Assembly: GCF_000737315.1 (NCBI RefSeq)
Contig: NZ_JMCB01000001.1
Span: 144,001 to 268,000 of the forward strand
Direction of reading: 5' to 3'
Source: Hyalangium minutum
Lineage (GTDB): Bacteria > Myxococcota > Myxococcia > Myxococcales > Myxococcaceae
Length of the DNA: 124,000 nt
Positions 86,601-95,623 of the stretch are shown here, one piece after another; within the stretch, counting starts at the first letter, position 1; each line of letters opens with the position of its first letter. Both the position numbers and the translations under genes were made by a program. The notes beneath the pieces are model-generated. The model had not been told where the DNA came from, searched no databases, and worked only from the letters and a program-made list of their open reading frames with translations.

Positions 86601-86765
86601 CGCCGGAGGAGTGGCCTCCTGGACCGCCGGAGCCGCAGCAGGCGCCTCTTGCGCCGCAGCGACCCCGCCGGTCCCGGAGATGAGCACTGCCAGCGCCAAA
86701 ACTGTCTTCTTCCGAGCGGACTGCTTCGACACCTTGCACCTCTTGCTGGTGTGGTCTTGAGACAT
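83664..86765 (-). CDS. TonB-dependent receptor
   Basis: [43 protein letters not shown]; C-terminal YNYY. Confidence 0.95.
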   Translation of the reverse strand: [1033 protein letters not shown]

Positions 86766-86790
86766 GGATCAGGGCTTTCCGTGTGCGGGA

Positions 86791-87186
86791 TTAGAACGGC
86801 GCGAGCAGCGGCTCGCCTTTGAGGCAGTTCGGATCGAACTTCCCCGCCTCAAAGACGGCTGCGCAGTACGCGGTCATGCAGTCGACGAACTCCGTCTGCG
86901 CCTCCGCGCAGCCTGCGAATTCCGCGTCACAGATCGACTTGGAGTTCGACTCCCAGCAATCCAGATGCTTCTGGAAAGAGGCGTCGCAGCTCTGTTGTCC
87001 CGCTGCTACAGCGCGCTCGTTGAACTTCTCCACGTCGGCGCAGTACTCGGGGCAGTCGACATCCACCGCCCGCTCACTGACCGTGCACGCGTTGGCCTCC
87101 CCGCAAACGGCTTCGCACTTGCTGGAACAACCGGTGACGAGGCCCATCACCGCCAGCAGACCCGCTGTCCAAACCACAACTCTCAC
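86791..87186 (-). CDS. Small Cys-rich lipoprotein
   Basis: Lipobox VTGC; ~10 Cys; GTG start after GGAGG. Confidence 0.7.
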   Translation of the reverse strand: MRVVVWTAGLLAVMGLVTGCSSKCEAVCGEANACTVSERAVDVDCPEYCADVEKFNERAVAAGQQSCDASFQKHLDCWESNSKSICDAEFAGCAEAQTEFVDCMTAYCAAVFEAGKFDPNCLKGEPLLAPF

Positions 87187-87328
87187 GCTGACCCCTCCCA
87201 GGGATTGTCTTGAAGCAAACGCATTGTGACTGTGACGAGATTGGAACGTCAACCCAGGGCGTCCATATCGGTCCTGATTGAACTCCAACCTCCGAAGTCC
87301 CTGCGCCTGGGAGTGTTCAGGCCACCTG

Positions 87329-88639
87329 TCAGGTGAAGAAACGCCGGAGCACGGCGATCATCGCCGCCACATCCGAGGCCGCGGCCAGCTCGCGGATGGA
87401 GTGCATGGAGAGCATGGGGCTCCCCACGTCCACCGTGCGGATGCCCAGCGCCGCGGCGGTGATGGGGCCAATGGTGCTGCCGCAGCCCAGGTCCGTCCGT
87501 GTCACGAAGTGCTGAGGCGTCACGCCCGCCTCCCGGCACAGCGCCGCGAAGAACGCCCAGGTCTCTCCATCCGTCGCATAAGACTGGTTGACATTGGATT
87601 TGATCACAGGGCCGCCGCCCATCAGCGGCTGATGCCTGGGCTCGTGGAGCGCGGAGTAGTTGGGGTGCACGGCGTGCGCCATGTCCGCAGACACCATGTA
87701 CGAATGGCGGATGGCACGGTGGAACGCATCCGCGCGCCCATCCGAGTGCCCCAGAACGAGGCGCTCCAGGCAGTCACGCAGGAAGGTGCCCGCGGCGCCT
87801 TGAGCGCTGCGGCTGCCCACCTCCTCGTGATCGTACAGGACGATGCCCGAGGTGGCCTCGCCCGCCTTCTCCATCGCCAGCAGCGAGGACAGCGCCGAGT
87901 AGCAGCTTGCCAGGTTGTCCAGGCGCGGCGCGTGGAGGAACTCGCCGTTCGCCCCCGAGCGCGTGGAGGGCTGCGTGTCATAGAGGCACAAGTCGTAGCC
88001 GAGGATGTCCCCTGCCTCGGCGCGGACATTGCCCGCCGCCAGTTCCTGCACCAGGAGCGCGCGCAGCTCCGCCGGGCCCGCCTTCTCCAGGCCCAGCACG
88101 GGGACCATGTGGTCCTGCGCGTTGAGCTTGAGTCCATCCGTGTTGACGGTGCGGTTGAGGTGGATGGCCAGGTTGGGCACGCGCAGCAGCGGGCGGCGGA
88201 AGTCCACCAGATGGCCCTCGGGACGGCCGCCGGAGAGCAGCATGACTCGGCCCGCCAGGGAGAGATCTCGATCCATCCACGTGCTCAGCAGCACCCCGCC
88301 GTAAATCTCCACGCCGAGCTGGTGGTAGCCCAGCTTGGACACAGCGGCGTTGGGCTTGAGGCGCAGGTTGGGCGAGTCCGTGTGCGAGCCCACCAGCCGG
88401 AAGCCAGCGCGATCCACGGGCGCCGTGCCCAGGTGGAACGCGGCGATGCTCGTGCCCGCGCGGGTGACGTACACCTTGTCTCCGGGCTGGAGCGTCCAGG
88501 GCTCCCGCTCGTCCAGCGCGCGGTAGCCAAGCTGGGTGAGGCGGCGGGCCGTCTCGCGCACCGCATGGTACGGGGTGGGCGAGGCGTCGATGTACGCAAG
88601 GATGTCCTTGGCCGTGGCGTCCGTGTCGATGGGGCTCAT
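87329..88639 (-). CDS. M18 family aspartyl aminopeptidase
   Basis: GSHTDSP, RLDNL, DHEEVGS, SADMAHAVHPNY, SMHSIRE. Confidence 0.93.
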   Translation of the reverse strand: MSPIDTDATAKDILAYIDASPTPYHAVRETARRLTQLGYRALDEREPWTLQPGDKVYVTRAGTSIAAFHLGTAPVDRAGFRLVGSHTDSPNLRLKPNAAVSKLGYHQLGVEIYGGVLLSTWMDRDLSLAGRVMLLSGGRPEGHLVDFRRPLLRVPNLAIHLNRTVNTDGLKLNAQDHMVPVLGLEKAGPAELRALLVQELAAGNVRAEAGDILGYDLCLYDTQPSTRSGANGEFLHAPRLDNLASCYSALSSLLAMEKAGEATSGIVLYDHEEVGSRSAQGAAGTFLRDCLERLVLGHSDGRADAFHRAIRHSYMVSADMAHAVHPNYSALHEPRHQPLMGGGPVIKSNVNQSYATDGETWAFFAALCREAGVTPQHFVTRTDLGCGSTIGPITAAALGIRTVDVGSPMLSMHSIRELAAASDVAAMIAVLRRFFT

Positions 88640-88650
88640 GGCCCCGCAGG

Positions 88651-89469
88651 CTAGCGCCCCTTCCGCCCGAGGCCACCGGAAACCTGCCGCCCCTGTTGGG
88701 GTGGCGCCAGTGCGGTGCTGCGGCGGTGCTCCTGGGGTGCATCCAAGAACGTGCCGAGAAGCACCCAGCGTCGCGCCGCGTCCTGGGCGCCGGGCCTGGC
88801 CACCAGAGGCGTGGTGTAGTGCCAGAAGGGCAGCCGGTACACCGTCATCCCGCCCAAGGTGTTGACGCTGGCGATCTCCGAGAAGTGTCCTCCCTTGGCG
88901 TAGACGAGCCACTGGTGCGCCACGGCCGGGGTGGCCAGGGTGAGGTGCATGTCCACGTACCCGTCGCGGGCCTCGAGGTCCTCGGGGTGGTGATCATTGT
89001 GCGGGCCGGTGTAGTCCCCGGGCCCGTAGCACAGAGCCTGGATGCCCCAGTTGCGCCGCAGCGCACGTCCACTCACGGCGGCGGCGAAGGCCCCGAAGCT
89101 CTCCGAGCGCAGCATGGCCGTGAGCCCCACCCGCTCGGCCGCGCGCCACGAGCGGGAGCGGCGGCTTCCGAGCAGCGCCGTCCGTACGCGCACCGCCTTG
89201 GGCAGCAATTCCGAGTAGTTCTCCGTCATCCCCAGCAGGCTCTCGGGGGGAATCGGATCATCCATCTGCGTGAGCGTGCCGAGCAGTTCCTCCTCCAGCG
89301 CATCGCGGCAGGCGGCGGCCTTCTTTGCGTCGACGACCCCCGTCAACGAGATGAAGCGCTGCGGCGGCACTCGGAGCAGTGCGCCACAGACTTTTTCGTC
89401 TTGTCCTTTGAGAATCCGGAGGCCCTTGGGGGTCAGGAGGTCGGCAAAATCGGAAGGGAACATGGGCAT
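88651..89469 (-). CDS. 2OG-Fe(II) oxygenase-like hypothetical protein
   Basis: YGPGDYTGPHND; WHYTTP; RWVLLG. Confidence 0.6.
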   Translation of the reverse strand: MPMFPSDFADLLTPKGLRILKGQDEKVCGALLRVPPQRFISLTGVVDAKKAAACRDALEEELLGTLTQMDDPIPPESLLGMTENYSELLPKAVRVRTALLGSRRSRSWRAAERVGLTAMLRSESFGAFAAAVSGRALRRNWGIQALCYGPGDYTGPHNDHHPEDLEARDGYVDMHLTLATPAVAHQWLVYAKGGHFSEIASVNTLGGMTVYRLPFWHYTTPLVARPGAQDAARRWVLLGTFLDAPQEHRRSTALAPPQQGRQVSGGLGRKGR

Positions 89470-89528
89470 GGCAACTTTCACCCAGACTGTCAGATAATGC
89501 TCCCAACGTCTTCCCCCGGAGCTCTTCC

Positions 89529-90245
89529 ATGGATCCCATCGGCCGCCGCCCCAGTGCCCTCCCTTCTCTTCCCACGGCTGCTCCGGCGGAGACCCGCCCT
89601 GCTGCGGCCCCCGTGAAGGCGGCCGCCACGAACGCCGTGAGCCAGCTGCAGCGCAGCAGCTTCGAGGCCCCGGTGGCGAAGGCCGCAGCGGCTCAGCCGA
89701 TGCCGGGCGCATGGCGCGGTGGGCCGGACACGCCGGTGGGCAAGGCGATCGCCGGGATGGTCGAGCGGATGCGCGCCTCGGACGCGTCGGGCATCAAGAT
89801 CAAGGGAGACACGATGGAGAGCCTGTTCACGCGGGCCATCCTGGACAACAAGCACGTGTCGAATGATCAGCTGCTGGCCATCACCCAGGTGAAGCTGGAC
89901 CAGCTGGCCACCAGCCCCGAGGATCGCGCCAAGGTGCTGCAGAAGGTGCCCAACGCCCGGGAGCTGCCGGTGCACAAGTTCACGGTGGGCATGCTCGCGG
90001 CGGCCACGGGCATTGATCCGAAGGCGCTCTCCGAGGCCTGCCCGGATCTGGGCCTGACGGGCGCGCCGGGCACCCCGCTGCTGTACGCGGCGAAGACGGA
90101 GCGGATGCAGCGCTCCACCGCGCTCCACGACTTCACGGACTACCTGCGCGGCGCGGGCGTGAAGGGCATGAACAAGGCCGTCTGGGGGGTGGAGAACCGC
90201 ATCCTCTCGGCCGCCGTGAGCGCGCTCGGCGGTGGGCGCTACTAA
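89529..90245 (+). CDS. Hypothetical protein
   Basis: ORF with GC3 bias; Pro/Ala-rich N-terminus. Confidence 0.65.
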   Translation: MDPIGRRPSALPSLPTAAPAETRPAAAPVKAAATNAVSQLQRSSFEAPVAKAAAAQPMPGAWRGGPDTPVGKAIAGMVERMRASDASGIKIKGDTMESLFTRAILDNKHVSNDQLLAITQVKLDQLATSPEDRAKVLQKVPNARELPVHKFTVGMLAAATGIDPKALSEACPDLGLTGAPGTPLLYAAKTERMQRSTALHDFTDYLRGAGVKGMNKAVWGVENRILSAAVSALGGGRY

Positions 90246-90360
90246 CTAACAGCGGCTCGTGGGCGGCAACATCTCGGGATGGAAGATCCCGAGTGGTTCC
90301 CACACATATTGGTCGATGGGCACCCAGGAGATGTATCTGAGGGGGTGTTTCTCGGCATGG

Positions 90361-91287
90361 CTACGGCAGTAGGTCGAGAAAGCGGCGCTCCCAGCGCTGG
90401 GTGTCCTCCTCGGACTGGCCGAGCATCCTTCCTCTGGGATCGCGGAAGAGCCACGGCTCCAGGACTTGAGCCAGCTCGCGGTAGGCTGGGAGCGTGTCGC
90501 CTCGCTCAATGTCGCCGGCCTCGGGCCATGCGCCCAGGGTGACGAGCACCTTGTCCCCTTCCATCTCCTGGACCGTGGTGCCGAGGCCGTGGAGCCGTGC
90601 GCGCAGCCCCGCAGCGCCTCCAAGCTGTCCCAGCACGGGCTGGCCCAGGAACGTGAGCCAGTGCGGACCTCTCACGCCGGTTCCGACCTCCCAGGAGAGG
90701 GACTCGGGCGAGTCGTAGACGTCGATGCCCGGATAGCGAAGCCAGTAACGGGCCACTTCGCGCCGGACTCCCACCAGCGCGTACTCGGCATTGAAGGACA
90801 GGCCCCCGTGCCCGGAGCAGAGGGGGAGAGGAGCAGCCAGTCCCATGGCCAGCTCTCGCACTCGCCCTGGGCCATGCTCCTCCAGGAACTCCGTGGGCAG
90901 CCAGAAAGTTGCCGCACACACCGGGCCCGGTCTGTGCCCCTCATGGAGCGCTTCAAGGTTCTTTTTGCCCCAGTAGTCGAAGCGATACCGGCTCTCGGTA
91001 TCGGAGCCGTCCCTCAACCGGATCATGGGAGACTGACTCTCACCTAGCTCTCGCCGAGTGATTTCCCAGCCCCGTTCGTCGAGCGGCTGCGGCTCTCCCT
91101 CATCATCCATGTACCAACCCAGCGCCTGCGGCCCAACGGCACGCAGGTACACCTCCAGAGAACGGAGGACGTTCTCGACGATCTGCAGGTGTGAATGACG
91201 CATGTAGAAGCTGATGCTCAGCCCCTCGCGGACCAACTCGAAGCCATTTTTGGCCCGGACACGTATCCGCGGGTAGCGCTCGCTCAT
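90361..91287 (-). CDS. DUF3396/type VI immunity-family protein
   Basis: FWLPTEFLE, SGHGGLSF, RYPGIDV, HWLTFLG, W.RRF. Confidence 0.85.
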   Translation of the reverse strand: MSERYPRIRVRAKNGFELVREGLSISFYMRHSHLQIVENVLRSLEVYLRAVGPQALGWYMDDEGEPQPLDERGWEITRRELGESQSPMIRLRDGSDTESRYRFDYWGKKNLEALHEGHRPGPVCAATFWLPTEFLEEHGPGRVRELAMGLAAPLPLCSGHGGLSFNAEYALVGVRREVARYWLRYPGIDVYDSPESLSWEVGTGVRGPHWLTFLGQPVLGQLGGAAGLRARLHGLGTTVQEMEGDKVLVTLGAWPEAGDIERGDTLPAYRELAQVLEPWLFRDPRGRMLGQSEEDTQRWERRFLDLLP

Positions 91288-92141
91288 CGTGCGACTCCCA
91301 GGTGAGGTTGAACACGCGCAGGCTGCCCGCCCAGGGCTTTCCGGTACACCTCTCCCTGAGTTTTCCCTCCATGTGGACTTCCTGCTGGGTACTTTCTCCA
91401 GTCCAACGTCCTAGAGGTGTTCGCACAAGGGAACTTGTAGTCGTAGCCGTCCTGGACCCGGTGGGGCTGCCCTTCATGGATGACGATGTCGGGCTCGATG
91501 GTTCCGCGAAGCTCCGCGCTGCGTCCCTGTCTCAGCAACGTCTCCACCGCCTCGCGAGGGAGGTACTCGGCCTTGCCGGTCTCCGGGTCGACTCGGTAGC
91601 GGGGCTGGATGCTGAAGCCGCCCGGCTTCAGTTCCTGGAGCTTCTTCTCGGCACACTGAAGGGCGACGGTGTGTTGCTCCACACCCAATTGCATCGCTCG
91701 CGTGATGGGCTGCCCCTGGCTATCTGTACCGACGACCTCGTTGCACTCCTCGCGTGTGGGGGAACGCCCGAAGTGCTTGAGCATCACCTCGGAGCGTGCC
91801 GCATCCGCACACTCGGCAAGGGCTTCGTCAAGGCGGGCCTGCAGCCCAGCGTTCAGGGAGTGGCCGACTTGGATGACAGCAGCGCCCACCACACTGGCGG
91901 CGAGCACAGGTACGCTTGTCGCGGGTAGAGGAGGTGGCCCCGGGGGAGGATTGGGGACCACCCGGAGTCCTGGCGTGGGTGGGCAGTTGGCCGGGTTCCT
92001 GACGCAGGTATTCGAAACGGTGTCCGGGACTTGGGCATACTGGCGGGGGACGCCGTAGCTGGCCGTGCCACAGGCCGTGAAGAAGAGGACCGCGCTGAGT
92101 GCCCTCCACACCGCCCACCCGGATGAATCTCCTCGCTTCAT
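91284..92141 (-). CDS. Lipoprotein polymorphic toxin with PD-(D/E)XK nuclease-like C-terminus
   Basis: Lipobox FTAC; IEPDIVIH...YDYKFPC; stop overlaps immunity start. Confidence 0.75.
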   Translation of the reverse strand: MKRGDSSGWAVWRALSAVLFFTACGTASYGVPRQYAQVPDTVSNTCVRNPANCPPTPGLRVVPNPPPGPPPLPATSVPVLAASVVGAAVIQVGHSLNAGLQARLDEALAECADAARSEVMLKHFGRSPTREECNEVVGTDSQGQPITRAMQLGVEQHTVALQCAEKKLQELKPGGFSIQPRYRVDPETGKAEYLPREAVETLLRQGRSAELRGTIEPDIVIHEGQPHRVQDGYDYKFPCANTSRTLDWRKYPAGSPHGGKTQGEVYRKALGGQPARVQPHLGVAR

Positions 92142-92376
92142 GGAGGGCTCCGTTCCCAAGGTTCTCGCGATTCTACCGAAGTGAGCACTGCTCCCCCGAT
92201 TCAACCAAGGGAGCAAGGATCCCCCTTCTGCGCGTCCACGTACTTGGGGCTGATGGCCACGTAGCCCACCTTCCCCGTCTTCGTCGGCGCCTCCGCCTGG
92301 AGACAATCATCAGGACGAGGCCCACCCCGTAGCCGAAGCTGATGACCCAACCCGCGTAGCAAATCCATGGCATGAA

Positions 92377-92451
92377 GAGCCAGATGCGGGAATTCTGCAC
92401 GTCCGGATCCGTGGGGAGCCCGGGGCCAGTCAGCGCCCGGGTTTACTCGAC
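92377..92451 (+). mobile_element. Group II intron 3' relic (domains V-VI only)
   Basis: gagccagatgcgggaattctgcacgtccggatc (dV) then cccggg..cccggg hairpin and terminal actcgac; no RT upstream. Confidence 0.8.
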
Positions 92452-92455
92452 CAAT

Positions 92456-92488
92456 TCCAAGCTGCGGGTTCGATTCCTGCCGCCTCCA
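92456..92488 (+). repeat. tmRNA-3'-end-like repeat, copy 1
   Basis: tccaagctgcgggttcgattcctgccgcctcca. Confidence 0.7.
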
Positions 92489-92491
92489 CTT

Positions 92492-93430
92492 TTACTCATT
92501 GGTGCCGCCCTCCAGCCGCTGACGGGCCGCCTCGCGGCGCTTCGCCCGGGCCTTGCCCGCAACTCCAAGCAGGGCCTTGTCCCGCGCCCACCGCTCGCGC
92601 GTGGGTGCGTCCACCTGAGGCCACCACTCCTCCAGTGACTTCACGAGCCGCTGGCACAGGTCCAGCGCTCCCCCCAGCGCCACGTGCACCGCCGGGGACG
92701 AGGGGTCCGCCAGCGCGAGCCCTCGAATCATCACCGCCACCGCGAGCACCTCGTCCTGCACCCGCTCGGGCCAGCCCGAGCGCCGCCCCACCTGCAGCAA
92801 CCAGCCCAGCAGCGCCGCGTGCACGTGGCAGTCCTCCACCGTCCGGAACGGCTTGAGGTACCTCGTATAGCCGTCCCCGGGCAGCACCTCGTCCGGAGAC
92901 ACCTTCACATCGGTCAGCTGCAGCTCCGCGTGGGGAACCTCCGGGACGAATGGCGTCTCGGGGAGCACGTTGAGGTGCACGCCCTCGCGGTGGGCGTCGA
93001 TCATCACCACCCGGAGCCGGTTCCGCCCCTGCTCATCCAGTCCCTCAGTGGCCACGACGAACAGTGTGTCCGCCGCCGTGCCCAACGTAACGAACCCTTT
93101 CGAGCCCGAGAGCCGCAGCGGCCCGCCGCCGTCGCCTCCGATGAGCCGGGTCTGGATGGCACTGGGATGGGCGCTCCCGGCCTCGGTCGCACAGAGCGCG
93201 GCACGGTGGTCCTTGGGCATCCCCGTGAAGAGCGAGCGCAACGCCGCGTGATACCCGGAGGCGAACGCGAACCCCAGCCGGTCCGCCCGGAACCCTCCCG
93301 CCAGCGCGAGGTCCACGGGCGACTGGAACCGGGAGGCCAGCTCAAGGTGCTGCCGCCACCATTCTTCCAGGGAGCCAAGCGTGCCTGGTTGGGGAGGCGT
93401 CGTGAGGAGGAATCGGAGGATTTCGTCCAC
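92492..93430 (-). CDS. Acyl-CoA dehydrogenase family protein (short form)
   Basis: ALCATE, LSGSKGFVT, GDGYTRYLKPFRTVED. Confidence 0.8.
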   Translation of the reverse strand: MDEILRFLLTTPPQPGTLGSLEEWWRQHLELASRFQSPVDLALAGGFRADRLGFAFASGYHAALRSLFTGMPKDHRAALCATEAGSAHPSAIQTRLIGGDGGGPLRLSGSKGFVTLGTAADTLFVVATEGLDEQGRNRLRVVMIDAHREGVHLNVLPETPFVPEVPHAELQLTDVKVSPDEVLPGDGYTRYLKPFRTVEDCHVHAALLGWLLQVGRRSGWPERVQDEVLAVAVMIRGLALADPSSPAVHVALGGALDLCQRLVKSLEEWWPQVDAPTRERWARDKALLGVAGKARAKRREAARQRLEGGTNE

Positions 93431-93566
93431 CTCCCCACTCTAAGTCATGGGAAATACTTCTTGTCCCCAAACCTCCCCATGGGGACTCTGTTGAGATGTA
93501 CGACGGGTTTTAACCATCGACCGGTCCGGGGGTTCTCCTTCCAGACCTGCACGCTCGCCCAGCAAG

Positions 93567-94898
93567 ATGCCCACCTCCCCCGGCAAACCTCCTCGCAGCG
93601 CCCCGACCGCTCTGATGGTGGGGCTCCTCGCCCTGACCCTCACCCCGAGTCTCAGTGCCGCCCAGGAGGAGTCGTCGTGGGTGAGCATGACACTCGAAGA
93701 GGCGATGGACCGGGCGCTCAAAGCCAGCCCCCAGATCGTCCAAGCTCAGGGCACCATCCGCAACGCCGCAGCCTCCGAGCGAAGCGCCTTCGGGGCCTAC
93801 CTGCCCAGCCTGTCCGCCAACGCCAGCAGCTCGCTGTCCAGCACCGAGCGCCTCAACCCCACCACGGGCACCCCCGTCACCGGCTCCGCCGATTCCTACA
93901 GTGCGGGCCTCTCGGCCTCGTGGGACGTGTTCACCGGGTTCCGCCGGAAAAATGAGCGCATGCGCGCCCAGGCCGAGTCCCAGTCCGCCGAGGCCCAGCT
94001 CGTGGGCCAGCGCTTCACCGTGGAGCTCTCCGTCGCGCGCTCCTTCTTCGAGGCCCTGCGCGCCGAGGAGCTCATGACCGTGGCCAAGGCCCGCATCGAG
94101 CGCGCTCGCGAGGGCGTCGAGGCCGCCGAGCGCCGCTTGGCCGTGGGCTCGGCCACGCGCTCGGATGTGCTCCGCTCCCAGCTTGAGCTCAACACCGCCC
94201 AGGAGTCCCTGCTCCAGTTGGAGAACCAGCGCCTGACGTCAGGCCTCACCCTGGGGCGGCTCGTCGGCACCGATGGCCCCGTGGACCCGGCTCCCTCCGG
94301 TCCTCTGGAGCCCACGCCGATCCAGTCCTCGCGCGAGGACATCATCTCCAGCCTCGTCGCCCAGGCGCCTTCGGTGAAGTCCGCGGAGGCCGCCGTGCTC
94401 TCGGCCGATGCAGGTATCGGCACGGCGCGCTCGCAGTACTACCCCACCGTCCGCCTCTCCGCCGGCTATGACTGGTTCAACCAGGACTTCGGCTTCGCGG
94501 GAGGCCGGACGAGCTGGTCCGTCCGGCTCGGGGTCTCCTATCCCATCTTCGACGGCTTCCAGCGCGAGGGGGGGATGATCCGCGCGACCACTGCGGCCGA
94601 AGTCAGCCAGGCCCAGCTCCTGGACACCCGCCGCGCCGTCCGCTCCGAGGCCGAGCGGGTGATGAGCCAACTCGCTCTCTCGGAGAAGCGCGTCACCATG
94701 GCCCGGCAGGCCGTGGAGGTCGCCCAGGAGGATCTGCGCGTCCAACAGGAGCGCTATCGCCTGGGTGCCACCACCATCCTCGAGCTGCTCACCTCCCAGG
94801 CCGCCCTCGTCGAGGCCCAGAACAACCTCGTGAGCCTGCGCTTCGACTACCTGCTGTCCCGCTCCGAGCTGGAGTCCGTTCTCGGGAGGAAGCTGTGA
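93567..94898 (+). CDS. TolC-family outer-membrane efflux protein
   Basis: [26 protein letters not shown]. Confidence 0.9.
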   Translation: MPTSPGKPPRSAPTALMVGLLALTLTPSLSAAQEESSWVSMTLEEAMDRALKASPQIVQAQGTIRNAAASERSAFGAYLPSLSANASSSLSSTERLNPTTGTPVTGSADSYSAGLSASWDVFTGFRRKNERMRAQAESQSAEAQLVGQRFTVELSVARSFFEALRAEELMTVAKARIERAREGVEAAERRLAVGSATRSDVLRSQLELNTAQESLLQLENQRLTSGLTLGRLVGTDGPVDPAPSGPLEPTPIQSSREDIISSLVAQAPSVKSAEAAVLSADAGIGTARSQYYPTVRLSAGYDWFNQDFGFAGGRTSWSVRLGVSYPIFDGFQREGGMIRATTAAEVSQAQLLDTRRAVRSEAERVMSQLALSEKRVTMARQAVEVAQEDLRVQQERYRLGATTILELLTSQAALVEAQNNLVSLRFDYLLSRSELESVLGRKL

Positions 94899-95608
94899 AC
94901 GCCGGCGAGCGCTCGGTCCTGGACGTGGTCATCCGCGTCGAGAGCCTGACGAAGACGTACAAGATGGGCTCGGAGGAAGTGCACGCCCTGCGCGGAGTCA
95001 ACCTGGAGATCCGCCGCAACGAGTACGTCGCCGTCATGGGCCCCTCCGGCTCCGGCAAGTCCACTTTCATGAACCTCATTGGCTGCCTGGATATCCCGAG
95101 CGGCGGCCAGTACTGGCTCAACGGCCAGCCCGTGGCGGGACTGAGCGAGGAGGCGCTGGCCCGGATACGCAACCGCGAGATCGGCTTCGTCTTCCAGAGC
95201 TTCAACCTGCTGCCCCGCGCCTCCGCGCTGGACAATGTGGCGCTGCCGCTCGTCTACGCGGGCGTGAGGAAGAGCATCCGCCGCGAGCGGGCCGCCGTGC
95301 TGCTCGACAAGGTGGGCCTCGGGGCGCGCAAGGACCACCGCCCCAACGAGATGTCCGGCGGCCAGCGCCAGCGCGTGGCCATTGCCCGGGCCCTCGTCAC
95401 CCAGCCCGCACTGCTGCTGGCGGACGAGCCCACCGGAGCGCTCGACAGCAAGACCGGCGAGGAGATCATGGCGCTCTTCGGTGAACTCCATGCCCAGGGA
95501 CAGACCTTGATGCTCGTTACCCATGAATCCGACATTGCCGAGCACGCCAAGCGCGTCCTCTTTCTCAAGGACGGCGTGATCGAGCGGGATGACCGGAAGA
95601 AAGACTGA
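94895..95608 (+). CDS. ABC ATP-binding protein (MacB-like)
   Basis: [24 protein letters not shown]. Confidence 0.92.
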   Translation: MNAGERSVLDVVIRVESLTKTYKMGSEEVHALRGVNLEIRRNEYVAVMGPSGSGKSTFMNLIGCLDIPSGGQYWLNGQPVAGLSEEALARIRNREIGFVFQSFNLLPRASALDNVALPLVYAGVRKSIRRERAAVLLDKVGLGARKDHRPNEMSGGQRQRVAIARALVTQPALLLADEPTGALDSKTGEEIMALFGELHAQGQTLMLVTHESDIAEHAKRVLFLKDGVIERDDRKKD

Positions 95609-95623
95609 ACGGGAGAGGCGCTC

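Noticed and set aside
83544-86822. 1092-aa plus-strand ORF
   Set aside because: Antisense shadow of the TonB-dependent receptor
92173-92400. 75-aa ORF as intron-encoded RT or real gene
   Set aside because: No RT motifs; overlaps the intron relic; low-complexity Arg run
92456-92490. Complete tRNA or tmRNA gene
   Set aside because: Only T-arm and acceptor 3' strand are present; no 5' half, anticodon arm or tag ORF upstream
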